Assembly: GCA_010909165.1 (NCBI GenBank)
Contig: VJWM01000063.1
Coordinates: 434,001 to 498,000 of the forward strand
DNA from: Anthoceros angustus
Taxonomy: Eukaryota; Plantae; Anthocerotophyta
Length of the DNA stretch: 64,000 nt
Reading direction: 5' to 3'
The position numbers and the translations under genes are program-made. Shown in pieces: positions 33,711 through 45,159 of the stretch (the stretch's first letter is position 1; the number at the start of each line of letters is the position of its first letter). The notes beneath the pieces are model-generated. The model made no database searches. It was not told where the DNA came from and was given only the letters and a program-made list of their open reading frames with translations.

Positions 33711-35941
33711 CCGGAGTCGCTACCAACTTCAAACCAAGAAGGCGGGGTTGAAGCAGCGGTTGAAGGGTGAGCCGCACTCGCATCTCAGGAGAAGGCGAGT
33801 TTGGAGGGCAAGGAGAGCGAGCACGAGAGGAAGCGTGCAAGCCATCGAGCCACAACCACATGAGTGGTTATAATCGAGTTGAAGAGCAATCAACCCGCCT
33901 AAAGGAGTTGTTGGAGGCATCGCGACATGTGTTTGCTTTCACGCTATGGAGATGGGGAAGTACACCAAAGGGAAGTTCCACATAGAACTAATCAAGAATG
34001 AACCAGTGTTCGCAGGAGGCACAGTGAAGGCAAGAAGAAAATGACGAGCAACCGGGGAGAGTAGTCCACATGAGCCCATAAGGATGTCAAGCCTCCACTC
34101 ATGGACAAGGTTCATAACCTCCGACGACATTCCAAGGAGATTGGTTTTGTGCACAATGCGCTACATGAGGTGCGACGTGTGTTCTACTAATGATAATGTT
34201 TTGACTTAGAGTCTCACATTATCGGGGATTGCACCTATATATCTGCGTATTCGATTTGTTCGCTTTGTTGGTTGTGCTTAGAATTCAAGTGCTTACCTCG
34301 TGCGATGCCATGCCGTGTGATACTAATCTGCACTTGGGTTTAGTGTTTGATTAGCATTAATTAATCTAATTACTTATCTTTAAGTAAGTAATTAGTGTTA
34401 ATTAATCAAGGTGCTTATGCTAATTGCATGATTAGTGTTAATTAAACTAATGTGCTTATGCTAATTAAGCATTGATTAGTGTTAATTAATCTAATGTGCT
34501 TATGTTAATTAAGCATTGATTAGTGTTAATTAAACATGGTTAGCAATAAGTGGATAAGCTCAAGTAATATGCTTGGCATATTCCTTGCATATTATAGTGT
34601 ATTCTTAGGATACAATAGCTGGATAAGCTCAAGTAATATGCTTGGCATATTCCTTGCATATTATATGTATTCTTGGGATATTTGTGATGCCACGCCAATA
34701 GGATATCTTAGGAATATGCCGATGCTGTGTCTAGATATATAAACCCTTCCATTGAGCCTCGATCATAGCTTGTCCTCTGGATACATGCAATGCGTTGGTG
34801 AGGAGGCCAAAGCTATGACTCCGAGAGCGTGTGAGGAATTTGCGTGTTGTTCGTGGGAGAGTGTTTGTGCCATTACGCATGCCAGCCATTCCCTCCCGTT
34901 GTTGTTGCACCTATATATCTCATGCGTATTCATTTGTTCGCCGGCTTGGTTGGTTGGCGGGAAGTGCTTACATGAATTTAAGTGCTTACCTCGTGGCTGT
35001 AGCTTCTTGTCCTCGCGCAATGCCATCATCGGTGGCTGCAATAATGGCATCCAATGGGACGAACTGTGAACTCTAACCCTGATTCTGTTTCCCAATGAGG
35101 CGACGTTGAATACGCTTGTTTTGGATTAATGCAGCCCTCTATCTAGTTTTTCCTCGAGTTATCTTGAATCTGCCGGAACGATAGATTGTTTAGTCTCCTT
35201 ACCATCATACATTTGCCGACCTTCCTTCGAATGGGCCACACATATGTCCGAAAAATCACGCAACTTCCGTCAACAGCCCACCGGTGTGGGAGTGTACGCA
35301 TCAACAAGAATATGGGTCAACTCATCCAATGTGTGTGTGCTTTGTGTTTCAAGGTTTTCGAAACACGAAAACATTTGATCAATCCGACTGTGTCTAACTA
35401 GGAGGAAGCCCACCTTCACTTAGAAAGTCCCCATGTCCACAAGCATATTTAAGCACGCAAATAATAGCTCGGTTCTTATTCTCCCTAAGATGTGTTGTCC
35501 AAATAAGTATAAAACTTTTGGGCAAGACCCCTGCAATTATGTATAGCAATAGGTTTGCCTCGGCCACCCGGGAGCTCGCCCCTGGCCACACTTATCCCAC
35601 TATTGCTGAATACGAGAGGTTCGATCCCAAGAGATTTGGTTCGGATTGTGGCAGTCGCTCCTCTCACCTCTCGCCTCTCATCATCCCGCCTTGCCTACTT
35701 GTCCTCGATAACAAACCGTGTTATGCTTCGGGTTATCTGCCCACGGCGCCTCCACGCCTTCCGTGATTCCTACTTCCACCCCAACACTCCTATGCCAACT
35801 ACAACGATCAATTCACTCTACAACGACACACCCATACCCAACCGCTTCACCATTCTCAAAAGAAACATAGTTCACAGATCACCACATACAAACTCACTTC
35901 ATTCGATCCCAAATCTAACTCTACCCGTATCGTTCGCCAGT

Positions 35942-36356
35942 TAGCACGCCTCCCTTGCGACACAACTGCCTGGGGTGACGGCTAACTGGGTATTTCTCTC
36001 GGGCCGATTGCCGTGTACAAACACCTGACGCGAGCGTAGTCGAGCGCCAGTCCCCCTGCAGGAGGCCAACCAGCAACACAAAGTACATCCAATAAACAAT
36101 CTTTCACGAGGAGGAGCCCGCCGAGCGAACCCACTGCGAGGCCTCCGATCAACTCCACCTTCGCCTTCTCGCCGCCATGGATGACCACCAAGACACACAC
36201 ACACAAAGGGATGCGCAAGAGACGAAGAGTGCATGGCAAAGCAAGGTCTGTGTTTATTCATCCTTCCACCCTCCCTTTTATAGGTGGGGAGTCGACCGGT
36301 CACTGTAGTTTAATGCTAGGGCGACTTGCCAAGTCCAACAATAGGATCCTTGTCAC
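35942..36356 (-). mobile_element. Probable LTR of another retroelement, with degenerate internal sequence to 37643
   Basis: Minus strand: purine-rich tract then TGACA..., TATA-like CCTATAAAAG, ending next to TGGCGAACG (PBS-like). No second copy in the window. A coiled-coil-like ORF remnant lies at 37383-37649. Confidence 0.4.
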
Positions 36357-37643
36357 CCCTGTCATCCTCTCACCGGTCCACCACCTTGACCGAATATCCT
36401 ATCCGCCTATACCGCCGCCACTCTTAAATACTCACACTTCCCAAGGTGTGCACCACTTGGGACAAAACGTCCCATAGAAAAGGTCCCACCGACATCCCAC
36501 GTCACGCTTCTGCTTCGCCTTCAATGCCTTCGATGGGTCGCTTAGCCTTGCCTCCTCCAGAGTCCCCATGTGACTCATGCCTGGTAGCACCGCCACCCGC
36601 CCTCACCGGTAGGTCCTCCACCGGTAGGAGGTTCCATTCCTCCTACTGCTCTCCTTAGTAGGTTCCTCCCCACTGCCTCGCCTCTTGGTAGGCGGTTCGT
36701 CCTACCACTGCTTTGATCTCTATGGGGGTTCCTTCCTCACACTGGTTTCATCGACCGGAGGTTCCCTCCTTCCGGGGTCTCTCCTCCTCATCAGCTCCAC
36801 CGAGTAGGAACTTTGGTAGGTACCATCCTACCATCAATCTCTCCTCCCTTGATAGCTCCACCGAGGTCCCATCGGCCGCCAGAGGTGCTTCTTGACTTGC
36901 TTGGCCATGTCCAGCAAACCGCCTTTCCTTGTACCAACAAAGTTTCACCTCCGGTCGCCATTCCACTTGGCGTACGCTGAGGTCTGCTTTCTGCCCTCAC
37001 CGTAGCTGCCTCAATCGCCTTAGGAGGTTGCATAGGTCGCCACCCTACTACTCCTTCTTTTGTGCGCCCATGATGCGGACCCTTAGTGGATGACGACTGC
37101 CCCACCCGGCCCCGATTTGTCACTCCTACCAATGCGGCCTTTTCTCCACTACCGCCTCCTCCAACCTGTGGCAAGTCTCCCAATCTCCTTATCCTTTCTC
37201 CATGGCTTCCATCGCCATGCTTTACTATTATAGCCGCCTCGCCCCTCGAATGACCAAGACCTCCAAAGATCTGGGCCATTAAAACTTCCTTCCCAGCCTT
37301 GCCTCCGCCTCATAGGCGTGGTATCGCCTTTTATGCGCTGTTGCCCAAAAGTTCTCTCGTAATACGAAGCTCTTTGTGACCCTTAGTCACATTGTCCCAT
37401 CCTTGTCGCTCTTCTCCAAGCCGTCGATTTTCCTTGTAATGCTCCTTCCGCTCCATGGCAACTAACTTCTTTCAGGAGGTCCTTCGCCTTCAAGGTCCCT
37501 GGCCTCATACCGCAGATGCCGCCTCCTTCTGCGCTCATGCCTCCTACCCTTGCTAAGGTAGCTTCCAACTTTTCTTCTGCCTCCTTCCTGGCAGTTTCCA
37601 ACTCTTCAGCCCTCTTGGCTGATTTTGCCTCCTGCCTTAAGAC

Positions 37644-40600
37644 TAACAAATAGACTTGTTTTTATATCAAACACAAATTGTTCAATTACATAGATCATTG
37701 TGTATCAAGAAAGACTTAAAATTGCTTATGCTGAAAAAGACACTATTATTCTAAACTTAAACGCCATAACGGTTCACCATAAGTCACAACCTCAACGAAC
37801 GGTACTTATAATTATTATTCTATTTCTATATACACTATATATGCACCTCTAATAAGAGATATTATCAACACTATCCCTTAACACTCCCACTTGTTGATGA
37901 TATCGAGCAATGAATCTGCACAGCCCGTCATAGATTACCCTTTATGACAACCACCTGAGGCTCCAGCCATGGAATTATGAAAGTGCTTGGTCTCCTCCCG
38001 CCCACGCCCCAAAACTCCATAGTACGGTGCTTGTTGAGCGCGTGCTCAAGAGAAACCTCTTGAAACCAAAAGGGATACTCATTCGCCTTGTTCACTCTTA
38101 GCATCATTTTGAAAGAGCCTGGAGAGCCACCGACGAAGATGTCGCTCGAGGATTCAAGTCGGCTCGCCGCCATGTGAGAGATACCTTTGGCTTATGCGGC
38201 AAAGGAGCTCCTAGGACAAATCACTTCAAGCTTTGGCTAAAGGTCGATGCCGCGCAAGCTCCTTCCCCAAAGAAGACCACAGCCCAAGAGACTCCTTCAC
38301 CCCTCACCGGCCGGAAGATAGGGACCCGAGAATATGGGAGCGCGACGCCCTTCACCAACCGCAGGACATGGCGCAAGCAAACGACCGACTGTAACATAAG
38401 CTTCCTGCTTTCACCGACTCAGTCCAATCGCGATGTGGGAGAAGGCGAGGAGGGCTCTTGTTCCCATCAGGTTCCCGAGAGGTAGCCTCAAACGGGACAC
38501 CAGAATCATTGGTTTGGGAACTGTTGCGAAGCCAAACTCTCCTCTCTGGTATAGGTGCATTTCGTCTTCGATTGTGATGGAGAGGATTAGGGTGTGTGAA
38601 AGTGACGAGTTTCTGGGCCATGTGATCAGCTACTATCGTAAGCCAGTAGGAAGAGGTGTGGCTACTACTTTAGCATCCTGAAGGCCAAATTGTTCAGCAC
38701 AGTCAAGTAAATATCGTGGTTGAGTCAAAGTAATGACCTTGGTTCGTCTATTCCTTGAATGTAGATACCTAGGCAACTTTGGAGTGGACCAAGATTTGAC
38801 ATTTTGAATTTTGGCTGTGGAGATCAGAATCTTGTCAATATATAGCTGAGTGTTGCTGGAGAGTATAAGATCATCAACATATACAGCTAAGTAGCATATG
38901 ACCTCTTTGGTTTTGTATATGTATAAACTACCATCGCCTTTGCTCTTAGTGAAACCTAAAGCTAGGAGTTCTTTATCCAGGCCGCTCCATTTCATAGCGT
39001 AATCGCTTTTAGTCCATAGTGCATTTTTTCGCTTATGGCATAGTCCTCCTTTCCTTGAATTTCATAACCGGAGGTTGCCGCATGTAGATTTGTATCTATC
39101 TTCCCATTTAAAAATGCTGCTTTTGACATCAAACATCTGCAGCTTCATAATCTCGTAGTCAAAATCGCACACATTGTTCGCAGCAGCAAGCTTGACAACT
39201 GGAGCGAAAGTCTCAAAGTAATCAAGGCCGAATTTGAGAGAAGCCTCGGCAACAAGCCCGGTTTTTATACCTATCAAAGGTACCATCAGCCTTTACTTTC
39301 AACTTAAACACCCACTTACAAGATACCAATTTTCTGCCAGGAGGAAGTTTAGCGATCTCCCAAGTGCCATTTTCAATCAGGGAATCATACTCTGATTGAA
39401 TGGCTTTCTCCCATTCCTTGTGATCAGGTCTACTCAAAGCTTCCTAGAGACTGTGGCTCAAGAGGATCCAGGAAAGTCACAGAGTGTGCCTGAGCATGAA
39501 AACAGTCCGGAGCAATAGTGCTCGGCTCTCGCGGTAGCGCGGTGGGGTGAAGACAGGACCACCATTTCTGTGTAAATATGGGCTCAAGGGAGGAGGTTGT
39601 CAGCAGATCACAAAATTGTGATTGTCTTTCACATTCACTATTAACTCGTCCCTGATGTACGTTGTCCTCAGGAGCAACATCCTCGGGAGTGGAATCATCA
39701 AACAAAGTTATATCAGGGAAAACTAAAAGTGTGTCATCCGCCTCCAGAGTGGGAGAAGCTCCCACTGAAGGTAAAAATCGTCCTTCATCAAATGTAACAC
39801 TTCGTGAGTAAATTACTTTGTCACGAGAGATATCATAGAGTTTATAAGCTTTTATCCCCTCTGTATAACCAATCATAAGAAGTCTTCTAGCCTTTGCAGA
39901 TAGCTTCTTTCTCTTCTTCTTGGGAATGAAGGCATAAGCAACACACCAAAAGGTACGAAGATGTTGAATAGAAGGTTTTCTGCCAAGGAAAGCTTCGTGT
40001 GGTGTCTGTCCCTCAACAGCAGTGGTTGGCAATCTGTTTAATAGGTAAACAGAGGTCATAAGGGCCTCAGCCCAATATGGCAGGAGCAAAGCTGCATGAT
40101 GGAGCCGGGAAGAAACCATCTCTTGAAGAGTGAGATTTAGGAGTTCTGCAACGCCATTCTGCTGTGGCGTGTAAACAATGGTAAGTTGTCTGCCGATCTC
40201 TTCGTCTGCACAAAATGTTTGAAACTCATGTGAAGTGTATTCGCCCCATTGTCGGATCGAAGAGTTTTTAAGCTTGCACCCATCTCTCAACATACTTCAT
40301 ATAATCCTTGAAGAGAGAGAAACATTCACTTTTGGCCTTAAGAATGTATGCCATAACAAAACGGGTTTTGTCATCAGTGAATGTTAGGAAGTATCGACCA
40401 CCACCAATAGAGGGCTGAGAGAGGGGTCCACAGATATCAGTATGGACCAATTCAAGAACTTCAGTAGCTCGATATGGAGTCTTATTCTTGAAAGCAGCCT
40501 GATGATGCTTGGAAAATACACACGCTTCACAAAGAGGTAAGGGAGGCAAAGGACCAATTTGGCCATCATGATACAAGTTACTTGTAGCCAATCAGAATTT

Positions 40601-43600
40601 GGAACTATGTGGATGACCCAACGGGCATGCCATAACTTCACCTTGTCAACTGCTTTGCGAGAGACATCTAAAGCCCGTGAAGCTAAGTGAGTTTGTCGAC
40701 CACTATTGGTGTGAAGACGGAAAAGATCACTATCGATGATCCATATGCCAAGACCTTACGGGATCAAGGGCATCTATGATTTGACATTCAGGTGTAAGCA
40801 GGATGTGGCTATTGTTATCCATGTTTAGCTTTCTATGAAAATAAGGTTCCTTGTCATCTCGGTACATAATATACATCCGTGAGTAATGAGTAATGCGGAA
40901 GGAACACTAAGATTTCTTGTTCCTCTACCAGAGACACAGGACCTATTATCACCTGTAAACAAACTAATCTTCGGTGATAGGTTGCAAAGGCATTGCTGTC
41001 AAAACATATGTGCGCTGTTGCACCAGTGTCAAGGTACCATTCATGGAATGATCTGTCCTTGGTTCTTATGGAGAGACAGGTGGGATGAACAAGAGGGCGA
41101 GCAAACTCCCTAGTCCCTACAGTCAGGACTGATGGGGAGGGCTGCTTCTTTACCACAACATGCGTCTCAGAAGTGGAATTGCCCTCCTTGCGAGGTATTC
41201 CGGCCTGCTTCTTTCGACATTCATGTTCCCAATGGCCTGGAATTTGGCACCAGTGGCATTTTCCAGCCTTCTTGGGTTTCTTTTGTAGAACCCTCCGAGG
41301 GCTTCCGACTTGAAGAATCAGAATCGAAATTAGGTTTGCCCCTTTTCCTCGGTTTGTGGTATAAAGGGCATCTTTGTTTGCCCCTTCCAGTCCTCTTGTT
41401 GCCTCTTCCTCAAGAAGAGCTCCCACCAACTCAGAAACGCCATCTCGTGGAGAGTAACATTTGAAGCCTTTGCCAACTTCTTAGTGAGCTTTGAAGTTTT
41501 TAATGAGGTCACAAAATGTGACCGGGATGGAGGTAAGGAAAGCATCAAATATAGGGCCAACATGTCATCTTTGACACTCTCATTAGAAGCACTTTCAAGC
41601 CTTGAAACAAGATTCTCGAAAGTCCCAATATGCTTCTCCACAGTAGTCACCATCCCTCATTTTACGCTCAGAATTTCGCAGTCGTCATTTGACCGGTTGT
41701 ATTGTTGCTCAATACGATTTTGCAAACAAGTCCAGATCAAGCAGCTTGCACATCCAGGTTTGCCGCATCATATCAGTAAGACCACTTCTAATTATGTACA
41801 TGGCATGCTCGTCTGACGCCCAAGCTTCGAGATGGTCCGTGCCTCAACCTTTTCCTCCAATGGTCATCTTCCATAGTCTTTACTATGAAGAATGCCCCGC
41901 ATCCTCATAACCCAAATGTCATAGTCATGTCCACCAAATCTATCCTTTTCCTAAAACCATCACCTCCCATATAATTCATAATCGGATGAAGGCTCACCCA
42001 TGTTCAAGTATGAAAAGGAACTCACACTTAGAGTGAAAGAGGTTAGGTGATAGATACCAACAGATATGTGTCCGTGAGCTATCCTATTGCGTTAGTCACG
42101 TAAGATCATTTTAGGGATGGATGGAATAAAGATGGTGACAGAATATAACAAGGTGGGCTACAATCGAGTACGTTGACAAAGGTAGCAGGGCCGTGTGATG
42201 TGCGAAACATTACAAATTTCGGAATTTTCTATTATTCCCATTGCCCACCTATTGTTTGAGTGGACTGAGGAGAGGATTTGAAACTATTGACTCGCAGGGA
42301 TGTCGTTTGCTAGAAGGCGATATGACAAAATGTGACCGGGATGGAGGTAAGGAAAGCATCAAATATAGGGCCAACATGTCATCTTTGACACTCTCATTAG
42401 AAGCACTTTCAAGCCTTGAAACAAGATTCCTGAAAGTCCCAATATGCTTCTCCACAGTCACCATCCCTCATTTCTGATTCTGTAAATTTCGCAGTCATTT
42501 GGTTGTATTGTTGCTGAATCTGATTTTGCAAACAAGTCCAGACTTAAGTTGCACATCCAGGTTTGCCGCATCATATCGTAAGACCACTTCTAATTATGTA
42601 CATGGCATGCTCGTTCTTGGCCCAAGCTTCCTACGTCCGTGCCTCAACCTTTTCCTCGTCAATGGTCATCTTCCATAGTCTTTACTATGAAGAATGCCCC
42701 GCATCCTCATAACCCAAATGTCATAGTCATGTCCACCAAATCTATCCTTTTCCTAAAACCATCACCTCCCATATAATTCATACGGATGAAGGCTCACCCA
42801 TGTTCAAGTATGAAAAGGAACTCACACTTAGAGTGAAAGAGGTTAGGTGATAGATACCAACACAGATATGTGTGCATGAGCTATCCTATTGCGTTAGTCA
42901 CGTAAGATCATTTTAGGGATGGATGGAATAAAGATGGTGACAGAATATAACAAGGTGGGCTACAATCGAGTACGTTGACAAAGGTAGCAGGGCCGTGTGA
43001 TGTGCGAAACATTACAAATTTCGGAATTTTCTATTATTCCCATTGCCCACCTATTGTTTGAGTGGACTGAGGAGAGGATTTGAAACTATTGACTCGCAGG
43101 GATGTCGGGTTTGCTAGAAGGCGATATGACAAAATGTTGGTTGATGAACTAATTCAGCCAAAGAAAGCTAGCAATTGAGAATCAATATGAAAAATATGTT
43201 GTTTCAAATCGAACATCGGATCCAACAAAGAGCAATTCTCCCACAAGATTTTGCATCTTCTATTCACACTTCTCCGATGTGCTTCAATTCTTTTGGCCAA
43301 ATTACTTACATTGTGTTGTACATATGTGTAGAGAGACCTTTGAGATTTGTTCTCATATCGAAGGCACGTTGAGCATGAATTTCAAAGATGTAAAAGCCGA
43401 TGTCGCTCATTAGGGTAAAGAAAAATCAATATATTGAAGGACTTCCTTAACTCGAGCTAGGATTGATTGGCCTTCATTGAGAGCTATCCGCCTTTTGATC
43501 CTCCGATGAAGATCTTGTGGAATTGTTGACCGGGTTTGCTTGCCTTTGGACATGCGTAGATTCATGATTTATTCAAACATTGCGAGAATCGCTGTGTTGC

Positions 43601-44226
43601 AATGACCACCGATCGTAGAATCGATTGCTGGCCATTCATTTGGCCAATTAATATTTTGCTAGAATGCATTAAAATGACTAATGCATTCTATTGCTCTAAA
43701 TATTTTTATAAACTGCCTGCAAATCAGGCTGTTGTCCTAGTATATTTCCATCAGATTGCTCAAGAAGCAATCTGGCAGAAGTACACTAGGACTGCTACCT
43801 TAATTTGCTAGGTTTCAACTCCTTTTTATGTTTTTATAAAATGTTTAGAGCAAGAAATGTTTCTTGAATTTCATTTTTATTTTCTTGATGTTGAAGATCA
43901 AGAAAACATAGAACTATATAAATTGGTGCATATAGTTATGCATTTCCTAGGATGCATACTATACACCTTGCTCTGATACCATAACAAATAGACTTGTTTT
44001 TATATCAAACACAAATTGTTCAATTACATAGATGGATCATTGTGTATCAAGAAAGACTTAAAATTGCTTATGCTGAAAAGACACTATTATTCTAAACTTA
44101 AACGCCATAACGGTTCACCATAAGTCACAACCCTAACGAACGGGTACTTATAATTATTATTCTATGTACCCTATATATCACTATATATGCACCTCTAATA
44201 AGAGATATTATCAACACTATCCCTAA
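37644..44226 (-). mobile_element. Ty1/copia LTR retrotransposon (second family), degenerate
   Basis: LTRs 43982-44226 (outer end clipped) and 37644-37883 (TGTT...GTTA on minus); PBS TGGTATCAGAGC (43970-43981); PPT at 37884. Gag (VEKHIGTFENLVSRLE; CHWCQIPGHWEHEC), protease WYLDTGATAHIC, integrase ELVHTDICGP, RT WEKAIQSEYDSLIENGTW and YVDDLI. Confidence 0.95.
41511..43137. repeat. ~810-bp tandem duplication over the gag start and leader of copia 2
   Basis: Units 41511-42324 and 42325-43128. ACAAAATGT occurs at 41511, 42325 and 43129. Confidence 0.9.
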
Positions 44227-45159
44227 TGCCAGCGGAGCGCAACGACGGGCCGGAGCGCGTGAAGTCAAGAGCGGCGGCGGGGCGACTCGGGCGACGCAAA
44301 GGCCCGTCATAGGAGGGACGCTGAGGCGCTGACTTGGTACGAGAAGAAGGCTCAGGCCCCTTCATAATGACATCAACGCGCAGATCGCGAGCAGCTGAGG
44401 AGGAAGGCGCTACGTGGCGGCCAGCGCCTCTTTGCTGAGAGAGGTAGGAACTCAGGAGGCCCGGCCCCGACTCCTGTGAAATCGTGAGCGAGGTGTCGTT
44501 GATTTGAGGTAGCGAGGCCGTGGAGGCCCCATCGCGAGAGGATGGCCTTTCAAGGTCACAACGGAAATTGTGCTTACCCAATGGCCAAACATGGATCATT
44601 AAGAAGTTTATTGGAAATGAGAATCGTGAAGGAGTCAAGCTTGGTTTCATGGAAGAACGGGTGAATTATACATGAACTTGGGGTGCGGTGGAGTGTGCGC
44701 GCCTACTTGAAGGACAAATTCAACGTATGGACGGAGCCGGCGGAAACTCGCAGATTGGATGCAGGCTGGAGCCGGAGGGTGTATGCGGCGTAATACAGAT
44801 GGCGGAGTGGAAAAAGCGGTTTTGGTGCGATGGGCATCTGCCCCGAAAAGGGGAGCATGGCGAAGAAATGCGACTGCGGCCGCCACCGGTTAAGCGGGCG
44901 TGATTGGCGCGAACCCAACGGGCCGGTTGATTTAGAGATTCGTGGTAACGGGCGCATTGATGGGTCCGCGCCAGTGGCTCTATGTTTCGGCAGCTTGACA
45001 AGAAGCGTGGATTGTTATTTGTCCAGAGCCACTTGAACTGCTTTGTTATTCCATGAAGTGGTCATAAATCGATTAAATCGAATTGGGCGAATTCTCTCTC
45101 GACAAGTTGTGTGCAAGAGAGGCTGAACCTCGATTTCTTCTACCCTCGGCCCTCTCTCT

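Larger units (their letters stand above)
28849..34877 (+). mobile_element. Ty3/gypsy LTR retrotransposon carrying a DNA methyltransferase; internally deleted after the start of RT
   Basis: LTRs ~28849-29427 and 34316-34877, each with 37-bp and ~75-bp internal tandem repeats; probable TSD CATGC (28844-28848, 34878-34882). Gag zinc knuckle CPRCGRYG(H)NEAAC (~31321), protease VLIDTGAT (~32150), DNMT (~32810-33710) and gypsy-type RT start FHIELIKNEPVF (~33975-34010). Confidence 0.88.
28150..35545 (-). mobile_element. Sola-like DNA transposase remnant (copy 1), interrupted by the gypsy element
   Basis: Core at ~35545-35300 (LPK..YLDNTS RENKN; KVGFLLV.HS..IDQMFSCF) and C-terminal ORF 28704-28150 (PWKWY; RPFWIGRVADV..FLVHWYR). 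Homologous to the copy at ~50.1-51.7 kb. The superfamily name is inferred from motif pattern only. Confidence 0.75.

Noticed and set aside
28849-34995. Split direct repeat layout (A1..B1-A2-B2) suggesting a DIRS/Ngaro element
   Set aside because: The element has an aspartic protease and a gypsy-type RT start, with no tyrosine recombinase. B2 belongs to the host transposon, so filler DNA is the simpler reading.
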